Source: Eledone cirrhosa
Taxonomy: Eukaryota
DNA: 64,000 bases
Direction of reading: 5' to 3'
Assembly (NCBI GenBank): GCA_964016885.1
Contig: OZ024743.1
Location: 50,592,001-50,656,000 of the forward strand
The position numbers were made by a program, and so were the translations under genes. The notes beneath the pieces are model-generated. The model worked only from the letters and a program-made list of their open reading frames with translations, was not told the origin of the DNA and did no database searches. Numbering within the stretch: the stretch's first letter is position 1; each line of letters begins with the position of its first letter. Of this stretch, positions 39,495 to 53,939 are shown one piece after another.

Positions 39495-41275
39495 GACAAA
39501 TTGAACTGGACAGCCGAGGGCAGACAAATAGAACTGGACAGCCGGGGGCAGACAAATTGAACTGGACAGCCGAGGGTAGACAAATTGAACTGGACAGCCG
39601 AGGGCAGACAAATTGAACTGGACAGCCGAGGGCAGACAAATAGAACTGGGCAGCCGGGGGCAGACAAATTGAACTGGACAGCCGAGGGCAGACAAATTGA
39701 ACTGGGCAGCCGGGGGCAGACAAATTGAACTGGACAGCCGAGGGCAGACAAATTGAACTGGACACCGAGGGCAGACAAATTGAACTGGACACCGAGGGCA
39801 GACAAATTGAACTGGACACCGAGGGCAGACAAATTGAACTGGACACCGAGGGCAGGCAAATTGAACTGGACACCGAGGGCAGACAAATTGAACTGGACAC
39901 CGAGGGCAGACAAATTGAACTGGACACCAAGGGCAGACAAATTGAACTGGACACCGAGGGCAGACAAATTGAACTGGACACCGAGGGCAGACAAATTGAA
40001 CTGGACAGCCGGGGGCAGACAAATTGAACTGGACACCGAGGGCAGACAAATAGAACTGGGCAGCCGGGGGCAGACAAATTGAACTGGACAGCCGAGGGTA
40101 GACAAATTGAACTGGACAGCCGAGGGCAGACAAATTGAACTGGACAGCTGAGGGCAGACAAATTGAACTGGACAGCCGAGGCAGACAAATTGAACTGGAC
40201 AGCTGGGGGCAGACAAATTGAACTGGACACCGAGGGCAGACAAATTGAACTGGACACCGAGGGCAGACAAATTGAACTGGACAGCCGAGGGCAGACAAAT
40301 TGAACTGGACAGCCGGGGGCAGACAAATTGAACTGGACACCGAGGGTAGACAAATTGAACTGGACAGCCGAGGGCAGACAAATTGAACTGGACAGCCGAG
40401 GGCAGACAAATTGAACTGGACAGCCGGGGGCAGACAAATTGAACTGGACAGCCGGGGGCAGACAAATAGAACTGGGCAGCCGGGGGCAGACAAATTGAAC
40501 TGGACAGCCGAGGGCAGACAAATTGAACTGGACAGCCGGGGGCAGACAAATTGAACTGGACAGCCGGGGGCAGACAAATAGAACTGGGCAGCCGGGGGCA
40601 GACAAATTGAACTGGACAGCCGAGGGCAGACAAATTGAACTGGACAGCCGAGGGCAGACAAATAGAACTGGGCAGCCGGGGGCAGACAAATTGAACTGGA
40701 CAGCCGAGGGCAGACAAATAGAACTGGGCAGCCGGGGGCAGACAAATTGAACTGGACAGCCGAGGGTAGACAAATTGAACTGGACAGCCGAGGGCAGACA
40801 AATTGAACTGGACAGCTGAGGGCAGACAAATTGAACTGGACAGCCGAGGCAGACAAATTGAACTGGACAGCTGGGGGCAGACAAATTGAACTGGACAGCC
40901 GAGGGTAGACAAATTGAACTGGACAGCCGAGGGCAGACAAATTGAACTGGACAGCTGGGGGCAGACAAATTGAACTGGACAGCCGAGGGTAGACAAATTG
41001 AACTGGACAGCCGGGGCAGACAAATTGAACTGGACAGCTGGGGGCAGACAAATTGAACTGGACAGCCGGGGCAGACAAATTGAACTGGACAGGCGAGGGC
41101 AGACAAATTGAACTGGACAGCCGAGGGTAGACAAATTGAACTGGACAGCCGAGGGCAGACAAATTGAACTGGACAGCTGAGGGTAGACAAATTGAACTGG
41201 ACAGCCGAGGGTAGACAAACTGAACTGGACGGCCGGAGGCAGACAAATTAAACTGGACAGCCGACGACAGACAAA
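39495..41275. repeat. 28-bp minisatellite (GACAAATTGAACTGGACAGCCGAGGGCA) with 26/27-bp variants
   Basis: Direct periodicity with no unique spacers. Confidence 0.97.
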
Positions 41276-41644
41276 TTTTATGAGGATAGCGTTATCTCCT
41301 TACAACCTGTAAAAGACCTCTAGAATGTCATTTATCTAGGGGAACCTGGGGCCAAAGGTCTACATGTGTGGTGGTATTGTCCTACCTAGCCAACCTGGGA
41401 GCAAAAGTTCAAGTCAGTCTGATCGCTACAAGAGTTAAACCTGACGGGCTTATAATATCTAGACAATTGTGTATTGTGAATGTTGTGTGTGTTAAACCTG
41501 GCGATTATATAACAGCTATATATTTGTGTGTGTTGTGTTAAACCTAACGGGTGTATATATATGTGTGTATAAATGCTATATGTGTGTTAAATCTGACTGA
41601 TGTATAATATCTATGTATTTGTTTGTATTGTGTTAAAACTAATG

Positions 41645-43520
41645 GGGCTCCTCCGAAGGATCATTAGAGCAAAGTTACTCGATAGGGTGTATAACTCGGA
41701 GATCAGAAAATTGCTCTAGTTTGAATAGCCATTTCTCTGAAAGATCACAGCTCCGATACTACAGACATGTTGTTAGAATGTCTAATGAAAGATACTACAG
41801 GCATGTTGTTAGAATGTCTAATGAAAGATACTACAGACATGTTGTTAGAATGTCTAATGAAAGATACTACAGACATGTTATTAGAATGTCTAATGAAAGA
41901 TACTACAGACATGTTGTTAGAATGTCTAATGAAAGATACTACAGATATGTTGTTAGAATGTCTAATGAAAGATACTACAGACATGTTGTTAGAATGTCTA
42001 ATGAAAGATACTACAGACATGTTGTTAGAATGTCTAATGAAAGATACTACAGACATGTTAGAATGTCTAATGAAAGATACTACAGACATGTTGTTAGAAT
42101 GTTTAATGAAAGATACTACAGACATGTTGTTAGAATGTCTAATGAAAGATACTACAGACATGTTGTTAGAATGTTTAATGAAAGATACTACAGACATGTT
42201 GTTAGAATGTCTAATGAAAGATACTACAGACATGTGGTTAGAATGTCAAATGAAAGATACTACAGACATCTGGTTAGAATGTCAAATGAAAGATACTACA
42301 GACATCTGGTTAGAATGTCTAATGAAAGATACTACAGACATGTTGTTAGAATGTCTAATGAAAGATACTACAGACATGTTGTTAGAATGTCTAATGAAAG
42401 ATACTACAGACATGTTGTTAGAATGTGAAATGAAAGATATTACAGACATGTGGTTATAATGTCTAATGAAAGATACTACAGACATGTTGTTAGAATGTCT
42501 AATGAAAGATATTACAGACATGTGGTTATAATGTCTAATGAAAGATACTACAGACATGTTGTTAGAATGTCTAATGAAAGATATTACAGACATGTGGTTA
42601 TAATGTCTAATGAAAGATACTACAGACATGTTGTTAGAATGTCTAATGAAAGATATTACAGACATGTGGTTATAATGTCTAATGAAAGATACTACAGACA
42701 TGTTGTTAGAATGTCTAATGAAAGATATTACAGACATGTGGTTATAATGTCTAATGAAAGATACAACAGACATGTTGTTAGAATGTCTAATGAAAGATAC
42801 TACAGACATGTGGTTAGAATGTCAAATGAAAGATACTACAGACATCTGGTTAGAATGTCAAATGAAAGATACTACAGACATCTGGTTAGAATGTCTAATG
42901 AAAGATATTACAGACATGTGGTTATAATGTCTAATGAAAGATACTACAGACATGTTGTTAGAATGTCTAATGAAAGATATTACAGACATGTGGTTATAAT
43001 GTCTAATGAAAGATATTACAGACATGTTGTTAGAATGTCTAATGAAAGATACTACAGACATGTGGTTAGAATGTCTAATGAAAGATACTACAGACATGTG
43101 GTTAGAATGTCTAATGAAAGATACTACAGACATGTGGTTATAATGTCTAATGAAAGATACTACAGACATGTGGTTAGAATGTCTAATGAAAGATACTACA
43201 GACATGTTGTTAGAATGTCTAATGAAAGATACTACAGACATGTGGTTATAATGTCTAATGAAAGATATTACAGACATGTGGTTAGAATGTCTAATGAAAG
43301 ATACTACAGACATGTGGTTATAATGTCTAATGAAAGATACTACAGACATGTGGTTAGAATGTCTAATGAAAGATACTACAGACATGTTGTTAGAATGTCT
43401 AATGAAAGATACTACAGACATGTTGTTAGAATGTCTAATGAAAGATACTACAGACATGTGGTTATAATGTCTAATGAAAGAATCACTAAGCTAACGAGCA
43501 GAAGACCCAGAGGTTGACCA
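41645..43520 (+). mobile_element. RTE-clade LINE RT C-terminal fragment containing a 36-bp array
   Basis: Flanks translate as LRRII..LLDRVYNSEIRKLL..ERSQLRYYRHVVRM ... RRPRG*P, matching the RTE motif LRW.GHV.RM...RPRGRP. Confidence 0.75.
41754..43480. repeat. 36-bp minisatellite, ~48 copies
   Basis: Unit ACAGACATGTTGTTAGAATGTCTAATGAAAGATACT. Confidence 0.97.
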
Positions 43521-43786
43521 CCAACAAATTTGCTAGATAACATCCTTGGACTCGGTTAGTCTCTCTTGACAATCCAGTCGAATCAATTGAAACGGTCACT
43601 TCTGAGAGAACCCTCTGGTAGAAGTGTCTGGACACTCTGCCCCCCCCCCCCCCCCCCCCACGACCATCCCAGGAATTAGTGGGAGAAGAAAAAGAAGAAG
43701 AAGTGTTAAATCTGGTAGGTGTATAATATCGATTTATCTCTATGTATATGTGTGCGTGTGTGTGTGTGTACGTGTGTGTGTGTGTG

Positions 43787-43882
<96 letters not shown>

Positions 43883-44558
43883 TTGTGCGCGCGTGTGTGT
43901 GTGTATGTGTGTGTTTGCGTGCGTGATAAACCTGGTGGGTGTATATATCTATATATTTGTGTGTCGGTTAAACTGTAAAAAGAATGGTAGAGAAAAGCCA
44001 TGTTAGAAATGTTGATCTAAGTTATATTATTAGATGCAGTGAGTTTATTGAGAGGAACTATCTCGTCATTTTCACCATTTCATAAGCAGCAACCTTTGAA
44101 GTTTATTGAACAAAAGAACAGTTTTCATCAGTTTTTATCATGGCTTTTATTATTAAACAATGTAATATGTCTACCGAGGTGAAATTCACCACACGTCTTC
44201 TTCCAAAGCAGACAATGGAAGCACTATTAAAGTTACATAAAATTTCACAAATAACTACTACTACTGCAGCTATGTTTTGAAAAGTCTTTGTCGTTCGTTA
44301 CACTGGCAGAATTATTTAAAATTGTCTCTGGCAGAAACACAAACAGAAGCAGACGATAATAGAGTGAACATTAAAAGAGAGAGAAAAAAAAACAAGAAAG
44401 TAAAAATAAAAAGATTGATTGGCTTGAAACCATGAAATTTCATGCAATTTTGCTGAAAATGAACAACGACGAGAGTCAACTAGTTGAAATTAGACATTTA
44501 GACATTGTATAGAACAAAGACGGGAATAAATGGAAGTTTCTCTCTATGCTGTGAATGG

Positions 44559-44597
<39 letters not shown>

Positions 44598-44616
44598 TGT
44601 GTGTGGGGGGGGGGGG

Positions 44617-44654
<38 letters not shown>

Positions 44655-45465
44655 CTGTGTGTGTGTGTGTGAGTGTCTGTGTGTGTCTGTGTGTGTGTGT
44701 GTCTGTGTCTGCGTGTGTCTGTGTGTCTGTGTGTGGTGTGTAGTTTTGTATAAAAGAGAAGTGTAACATTTGGTGGAGGGGGGAGGAATATGCTCGGTCA
44801 CGTTTGATCAAGAGTAAATTATAGACTTTAGCAACAACAAAGGAAGAAAGAAATAGAGTAAGAGAGAAAGACATAAAACCTGAGAGAGACAGAGTCGAAG
44901 AGAGGGAGAGATAGACAGAGGGAAAGAGAGGGCTTTCTAGGTTAATGCATTTTCCGTATTAAAATGCGAATCGGTTGGTTTAACACGACGGAGCACCGTC
45001 GCACGTCAACGACTACTTCAAGAAAGACAACAACAACAACAACAACAATAATGATGGTGATGATGATTATTTATTTATTTATAATAACAATTATATTTCC
45101 TTATAGAAATATAATGAGGAGTTTAACGGCTCCATCTTTCAGTAAATAAAATATAAAACTAAAATAAACGATAAAATGGTCTGCAGAGTCAGGATTGTTA
45201 AGTGACATTAATATTGATTCTGATGCCTCGTTAATAATGGAAAAAATAATGGTAAAAAAAAGGAAGATGATTTTTCAAATATATAAACAAAACATCCTTT
45301 TCTCAGAGCTGTCAACTCTCCGACGGGGAGTTCCCCACCACTTTGGGCTGCGTGAGAGATGTCTTCTCTTATGAAAATGGGTATAGCTTTCATTATGTAA
45401 AATCTCCCCCATTTGCCTCATTTCTCCCAGTTTGGGGACACTTTTGTTCATGGTACTCCCCGTTT

Positions 45466-45720
45466 GTGAAGGCGCATGGCTTAATGGTTAGAGCATTGGG
45501 CTTGCAATCGAAAGGTTGTGAGTTCAATTCTCGGACCGGGTGATGTGTTGTTTCCTTGAGCAAAACACTTTATTTCACGTTGCTCCAGTTTACTTAGCTG
45601 TAGAAATGAGATGATAAGACTGGGGTCCCTATCATTAAATCACCCAAGACACCTCCAACGGGATATACCTTGGAGGAGGCCAGTTAAATCTGCATAGGTG
45701 TGAGCTGTCACACACACACA
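45466..45720 (+). mobile_element. SINE family A variant with a different tail
   Basis: Same tRNA-like head as 9036; tail is repeated in inverted orientation at 46190-46329. Confidence 0.8.
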
Positions 45721-46745
45721 CTCCCCGTTTGGGTTCTTAGAGGTTGGCAGGTCTGAAGATTTCTATCACGAGTCGTTGTCAGAGTCCAAAGACACATGCC
45801 CCACCCCTACATTTTGAATTGTCATCTAGTAATTTTTCACCCGAGCACTGCATTAACACGGGCAAGGTTTTCAAGCTTCAATAATTGAGTAGTTCTGTGG
45901 TTCTCAGAGACCCACGTCGCATTCTTCCCATTGCAATCCCAGGATTCTTCAATTACTCAACAATTTTAACTCGTTATTTAGTAATCTTCCATGCGAACAC
46001 TATATTAACATGAGCAGGTTTCTGCGACCTCAAAAATTGTCTCAAACGGGATTAAATCTGAAGAAGCAGTTTTTCTTTTTCTAATTCTTCATTTCCATTA
46101 TAGTTTAATGTATTGGTATTTCATTTGATCAATATACACAGCGTACACTATTCTTACACGATTTGGATTCCTCCCCAATTCTGCCATTTGTGTGTGTGTG
46201 TGACAGCTCATACCTATGCAGGTTTAGCTGGCCTCCTCCAAGGTATATCTCGCTGGAGGTGTCTTGGGTGATTTAATTATAGGGACCTCAGTCCTATCAT
46301 CTCATTTCTACAGCTGAGGAAACTGGAGCCATTTGCTAATATATATGTATGTATATATATATATTTCTGCTCCTAACAGTAAATGTTTGTAGAACTGATT
46401 CTTTGTAGACCAAACGCACTACTATTTCTAGCATTCCCGTTTACCTGTCTTATGTATACACATATTAATACGTTTCCTCGCCATGTGCGTTCAAAACCTG
46501 CTTCAAAGTTATGGAGATGAGTCGTATATTTGCGTCTAGTAAGATGAAATATTCTACTGATGATTAAGTGCTTTACATCTTATGGTGTTGCCATTCTATT
46601 TTCACTCATGAAGTAGCGTTACATAGAATTCTGAAATCTTGCAATTTTACATACTTAAGTAAGTTTCTTATTTGCTATCTGATGTGAAAATAATCGAAAT
46701 TTTACCTTCTACATAAGTTCTTTGGCTTGCTATACGATTTTTCCT

Positions 46746-46837
<92 letters not shown>

Positions 46838-46841
46838 GAGT

Positions 46842-46916
<75 letters not shown>

Positions 46917-47246
46917 AGCATTATTTGTTAGAAGATCTGCTATCTTCTAATCAGATTGGAGTCTGGAATCTTGTTAGCTTTGCATTGAAGAATAGAAGAA
47001 TAATAATATGATATTTGAGAGGAAGAGATGTGTGCGAGAAATGTCACACAACAAGTGGAAGCTGGGGGAGAAAAAGATGGAGTTAGAAGCACAATTAATG
47101 TCGCCATAGTGACAGCAATTACTTCTCTCCCAAGTATTCTTGGTGATTCGTCATGGCGACAGATTTCAAAAATACAGGTGACGCCACTGAAACAACAACA
47201 AAATAACATTTGACCCTCTAAACATTTACACACACACACACATATG

Positions 47247-47343
<97 letters not shown>

Positions 47344-47353
47344 TTAATATAGA

Positions 47354-47710
47354 CTAGCAGATTTACCCGGCGTTGCCCGGGTTTGAAATGCAACAAAGAA
47401 TAAATAAGAAACAAACGATAATATTAGTGATTTATCTTGAAATGAATCTGATGTTTATATTTCTGTCAATAAAGTTGGTTATCTCCCTTTTTTTATAAAT
47501 ATTGTCAATAAAGTTGGTTATCTCCCTTACATCAATTTTGCTACCGATAATTTTGATATCGATTTTTTATTGCTCAATGTGGGTCGATTTGAAAAATGTT
47601 TGTGATGTGACCATCTTAGCGACCTGTGCAACGTGCACAGAAAATTTGGTCAAATTCGGTTGGAAAGTTGTACATAGACACACACACATCCTCTCTTTTA
47701 TATATATAGA
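47354..47710 (-). mobile_element. Short non-autonomous Helitron (~357 bp)
   Basis: Minus strand TCTATATATATAAAAGAGAGGATGTGTG ... CCCGGGCAACGCCGGG TAAATCTGCTAG|T. Confidence 0.85.
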
Positions 47711-47711
47711 A

Positions 47712-48222
<511 letters not shown>

Positions 48223-48525
48223 CATATAGACAGACTGAATAAAAATGGCGTAGACATACAATACAACAGGAGGAAAATATAGCACCACTGACGAAGTTGC
48301 AGATGTGCAACGAAAGATTTATGATAAACTATATATATGTGTTTGTGTCTATATTGTATCTGTATTATTTTTGACCGCCGGTCAGTCAATGGCAACATTG
48401 AGGACCGAGTATATTAGATTACCGATATAAAAGACACAGAAGCGAGAAGCGAAAACCAACCAAACAGTGAGTGTGTTCTGTTATTAATTCTGGCAATATT
48501 ACACAAATATGACCCTCCCCAAGTA

Positions 48526-48601
<76 letters not shown>

Positions 48602-49677
48602 CATATATATAAAACTGAAATTGTCTCTCTGTGTGTGTGTCCTAATTTTTGCAAAGTCTATACAAATCTACATTTCTACTCCGATTTACTTCAAACTTGT
48701 ATTTATATGTTCCTTGCAGTCTAAAGATATTAACAGCAGCTTTTATTGTTCAATTTTTTGTTGTTAAAGGGGTGTTAGGCACCGGTTATCGATCTCTCTC
48801 CCTCTTTCTTAGTCTGTCTTTTTAGACGACTCGCTGTTTCCCTTCGGTTGCAACGTTTTTCGAAATATTTACTTCTGCGTTCACAGATTGATTGTTTTAG
48901 TTTCAGAAGATCCCGTTGAGGGTGAAAGCAGCGATTCTTTGCTTAAACTTTAATCTGTTATTTCAATATATATATATATATATATATATTGAAATTTCCG
49001 TTGAAAACAGAAAAGGTCATAGAAGTGAAGAGTGCTCTATGTAAGTACCAGAGCAAAATTAAATGTATAAAAATCAATACAATATAATTACCTCATTACC
49101 AGAGGTTTCCCGAATGAGGCGAATACGAAAGAAACGTCTTCATTCGTTCGTCAGACGAGGCAATATAAAACATGGCTAAATACTTGGAAAGTCTCATCAA
49201 GAAAAACAAAAAAAATATAGACGAATGAATTACAATATGAAATATATAAAAATCTTTCAAGAAATATAGTTAGGTGTGTGTATATGTATGTATATACGCT
49301 CACAGATGTGCATATATGTGTATGCACAAATGTATACGTATAGTGAAAAAGTGTGCGTAAATATATATTTTAGGGCAAATGTATCTGTGTGTCTGTAAAC
49401 TACAGACAGACATGATGTGGTTTTCTGTTTGGCAGGTACACGGAAAAAATAGGGTAATAGATACATCATAAGAATATAAAGGCACGCGTATAAACACACC
49501 CACGGACACGTACACTTATATGCGGAAGTAAAAGAGGTAAGGGAGTGTAATAATTAAAAGAAAGTATCGTTCTCGATATATTTATAAAAATGGAACAATA
49601 ATTTAGAAAGAAAAAATTAAAGAAAAGAAGACAAACAAGGTACACGCATACACACACACGTATATCTACAAGAAACG

Positions 49678-50636
49678 ATGTAGATTTCCTAGATATAAAC
49701 CTAGATTTGCCTACTGCCTCTTATAAACCATACCATAAACCTAATGAAAACTTAAAATATATAAATAAAGGCTCTTGCCATCCTCCTATAGTTTTTAAAA
49801 ACCTTATCCCTAATATTAGCCGTAGGATCTCCACCCTCTCTTCCTCAGAAGCTATTTTTAATAAGGCATCCCCCTACTATAATAAAGCCCTCCAAAATAG
49901 CGGTTTTAGCGAACCGATTAAATACATACCCAACTATACTAACTCTATTAAACATAAAAACAGGAAAAGAAAAATAATCTGGTTCACACCACCCTACTCT
50001 CTAGCAGTTAAAACTAATGTAGGCACAAAATTCCTAGAGCTCCTAGATAAACATTTCCCTAGAACACATAGATACTATAAGATCTTTAACAGAAACTGTG
50101 TCAAAATTCGCTATTCCTGCGATCCCCCTATTAAGTCATATATCATCAACAAAAAATCACCTAGAGAAAATCAAAATTGCTCCTGTAGAATCAAAAGTGA
50201 ATGCTCATTACAAGGTAAATGCAACACCAAAGCCATTGTATATGCGGCTAAAGTGACAACCATCAGCAACAACCATCCAGCCACCAGTGAACGATATGTG
50301 GGTATGACGCAAGACAAATTCAAAACGCGTTATTACTCACATGTCGCATCCTTTCGACATCCAGAAAAAAGATTTACAACAGCTCTGGTTAGCAGAATTT
50401 GGGATTTGAAAGACCAAGGCATCCAATATAAATTGGATTGGTCAATTTTGAACCAATCTAAAGAATATGCTAGAGGAACAAGAAAATGCACGCTCTGCAT
50501 AAATGAAAAATATTGGATCTTGCAAAATCTTAAATCACCAAAGACGGAAATTTTCACCAGTTGCCCACACATGAAATCACACCTGCTTTCCAGCTCATAT
50601 AAACTTAACACACTTTCAGATACTTATCCTCCATAA
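49678..50636 (+). CDS. PLE C-terminal ORF fragment (RT thumb, Cys linker, GIY-YIG endonuclease)
   Basis: FLDINL, YKPYHKPN, HPP, IIWFTPPYS, CSCRIKSECSLQGKC, IVYAA..RYVG..FKTRY, CTLCINEK, CPH; open frame but 5'-truncated. Confidence 0.88.
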
Positions 50637-50679
50637 ACTCTTATTATTCTCTTTATAACTACCCTTTCTGATTTACTTT

Positions 50680-50965
50680 CATTTTTATCCTTATTTTTAT
50701 TTTTATTTTTATTTTTATTTTTATTTTTATTTTTATTTTTATTTTTATTTTTATTTTTATTTTTATTTTTATTTTTATTTTTATTTTTATTTTTATTTTT
50801 ATTTTTATTTTTATTTTTATTTTTATTTTTATTTTTATTTTTATTTTTATTTTTATTTTTATTTTTATTTTTATTTTTATTTTTATTTTTATTTTTATTT
50901 TTATTTTTATTTTTATTTTTATTTTTATTTTTATTTTTATTTTTATTTTTATTTTTATTTTTATT
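50680..50965. repeat. (ATTTTT)n hexamer microsatellite
   Basis: Direct repeat. Confidence 0.97.
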
Positions 50966-52177
50966 TCACATCCACCAATAACCCCCCTCCCCTTTATTCT
51001 CCGATTCACTTACCTAATATCTTCACTTTCCACTTTTTACTTCCCTATTTTCTTCACTAATTGATTACAAAAGTCACTTGCGTTTTCCACCCCAGATATT
51101 TTTTATTTTTATTTTTTATTTTTTGCAGCCAATCTTATAATTTTATATTTGTACTTACTTTTTTACACCCTGTATCTATGTGTCTGAACGCCTTAATGTG
51201 TGTACACTTTCTATATATGTACACGAGCGCCTACGTATGTGCGCGCGCGTGCGTGTATATATATATATATGTATGTGTATGTGTATGTGTCTTTATATCC
51301 GTGTTTTTACATCTATGTTTTTTTTGTTTTTTTTTCCTTTTTTTACATCCTCATTTTTATGCGTGTGCATGCAAACAGGTTAATATGCGTGAGTGTAAGT
51401 ATGTGTGTGTGTGTGTGTGTGTGTACGTATCGAATGTATGGATGTGTAAGTGTGCGTGTGTATTTAAGCATGTATATTTTTGTGTTTCTTTTTGTTTTTT
51501 TGTGTGCGAGTGTGTATACAGTCGCGTGCGTGCGCGTGATTAGATATACATGGGGCGAGGCGTATATTCGTATTTACGTGTATCCTGTGTATGTAGATGT
51601 ACTTGCATACGCTTTTGTCTGCATGTTTTTTGCGTGTATATATATATATTTCTTATAGATATACGTTTCTTGTAGATATACGTGTGTGTGTATGCGTGTA
51701 CCTTGTTTGTCTTCTTTTCTTTAATTTTTTCTTTCTAAATTATTGTTCCATTTTTATAAATATATCGAGAACGATACTTTCTTTTAATTATTACACTCCC
51801 TTACCTCTTTTACTTCCGCATATAAGTGTACGTGTCCGTGGGTGTGTTTATACGCGTGCCTTTATATTCTTATGATGTATCTATTACCCTATTTTTTCCG
51901 TGTACCTGCCAAACAGAAAACCACATCATGTCTGTCTGTAGTTTACAGACACACAGATACATTTGCCCTAAAATATATATTTACGCACACTTTTTCACTA
52001 TACGTATACATTTGTGCATACACATATATGCACATATGTGAGCGTATATACATACATATACACACACCTAACTATATTTCTTGAAAGATTTTTATATATT
52101 TCATATTGTAATTCATTCGTCTATATTTTTTTTGTTTTTCTTGATGAGACTTTCCAAGTATTTAGCCATGTTTTATA

Positions 52178-52253
52178 TTGCCTCGTCTGACGAACGAATG
52201 AAGACGTTTCTTTCGTATTCGCCTCATTCGGGAAACCTCTGGTAATGAGGTAA
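52178..52253 (+). ncRNA. Type I hammerhead ribozyme in the PLE pLTR (mirror copy 49088-49163 on -)
   Basis: TTGCCTCGT-CTGACGA-(CGAATGA..TCATTCG)-GAAA-CCTCTGG-TA-ATGAGGTAA; 9-bp stem I with G-U pairs. Confidence 0.88.
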
Positions 52254-52266
52254 TTATATTGTATTG

Positions 52267-52303
<37 letters not shown>

Positions 52304-52525
52304 TATATTCATGTACAGATATTTTTGCATACACAAAAACAAAATATTAACAAACGTATTATCGTCATTGTTACGGCGGCCGATATGCCACCCAAAACGT
52401 CCCACTACTTTTGGTACAAGACCAGCAATTACATAGTCAACGGTTCTGAAATCACATGCATCACTGACGAGTTTACTCCTTACTCTACCAGTTAGACTTA
52501 GTGTACTTCGTCCTGCTTTTAGGTC

Positions 52526-52905
52526 ATGTCTCGAAGGAAGAGATACTCCATTGGCCGAAATACTGTGGCAAGAAAAAGAACAAGGTGGGCAAACGAATCG
52601 TCAGTGGAATCTGCTATGCGACGGTCGCAAGATACTGAACTTACTGCCACCAGAAGAGCACTTGAAACAGACAACCAGCGAACCATTCGCCGAACAGTGT
52701 CGGCTTTGCAATGTCTAACAACAAATCCCAGGGTCAGACCCTAGCTGTTGCTGGTCTTCTTTTGGAAGAGTCATGTTTTTCACACGGGCAACTATACGTT
52801 GGCTGCTCAAGAGTGGAAAGCAAGACAAATATCTTTGCATATGCCCGGCACGTAAGAACGAGGAACATTGTGTACAAGGAGGTGCTACAATCATTGTTTA
52901 GGTAG
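52526..52905 (+). pseudogene. Helitron RepHel remnant: N-terminus joined to Pif1 helicase C-terminal motifs
   Basis: NKSQGQTL..GL.L...FSHGQLYVGCSRV..TRNIVYKEVL (helicase motifs V/VI), preceded by the basic MSRRKR..RRALET..QR segment. Confidence 0.85.
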
Positions 52906-53188
52906 ACGAGGCAAAAGACGATTGGCTGAAGAAGGGCAAGACTGTGTTAGTAGTACGACCAACGGCTGCTTTCACACCAACCACAGCAAAAACAACAAAA
53001 AAGAGAGGGAACGCAATTATATGCTTTGCTTTTGAAAAATCTTAATGGAAAATTATTTGCCTAAGCACAAAATGTAGACACGATCCCCAGGCCGAGTATT
53101 CCGTACTTCTCTGTACTGTTTCAGAAAGGAGGGATAAACATGCCAATCTATGTGTAGAAGCCCGAGCAACGCCGGGCCATTCTGCTAG

Positions 53189-53245
<57 letters not shown>

Positions 53246-53291
53246 GTGATACTTATAAGACTTTGTGTGTTTGCGTTGTCATTTCTTTATC

Positions 53292-53404
<113 letters not shown>

Positions 53405-53759
53405 GTAATCTGAGTTTTTCGAATATTAATAACATTCGATTCGTTTGCAATTATGCAAACAAGCCTCAATTTTAAAGCCATGTCAGTAGAATGAACCCTT
53501 CATTCTTGTTCTTGTGTTGGCATGTGAACATAACTGCAGACACTAATGTTTCTGGGTATCACCCTTCATCAGTACAGCTCACTGTTCACCTGCCAAACTG
53601 TCAGAGCTAGTGAAAATATATGCTATTTTCAAAAATACACAGTGACTGATCGGCCTGATTTGCATATTAGCAGACTGGCTGATCAGTCAGATCTGCATAT
53701 TAGCAGACTGGCCAGTCAGTTTCCTGTATACGAGCGATAAATGGCCAAATTCAATATAT

Positions 53760-53939
<180 letters not shown>

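Larger units (their letters stand above)
49066..52275 (+). mobile_element. 5'-truncated Penelope-like element with 612-bp inverted pLTRs
   Basis: 49066-49677 is a near-perfect reverse complement of 51664-52275; the arms enclose the RT-thumb/GIY-YIG ORF. Confidence 0.92.
48605..53188 (+). mobile_element. Internally deleted Helitron with nested PLE insertion(s)
   Basis: 5' TATATATAAAACTGAAATTG(TC/TG)n; 3' CCCGAGCAACGCCGGG..CTGCTAG|T; RepHel remnants at 52526-52905. Assigning both ends to one element is inferred. Confidence 0.6.

Noticed and set aside
39495-43480. 28-bp and 36-bp arrays as CRISPR arrays
   Set aside because: Units are contiguous with no unique spacers, there are no cas genes, and the context is eukaryotic
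41721-43517. Repeat protein (MSNERYYRHVVR)n as a real gene
   Set aside because: Derived from a decayed RTE fragment with stops upstream, inside and downstream
48284-48325. Hammerhead ACCA-CTGACGA-GTTGCA/TGCAAC-GAAA-GATT-TA-TGAT
   Set aside because: Good stem II, but stem I is mismatched and stem III is poor; counted only as a damaged motif
48900-48940. CAGAAGA..GAAA hammerhead-like motif (also inverted near 29980-30010)
   Set aside because: Core has A at position 4, and no clear stem I or UH site
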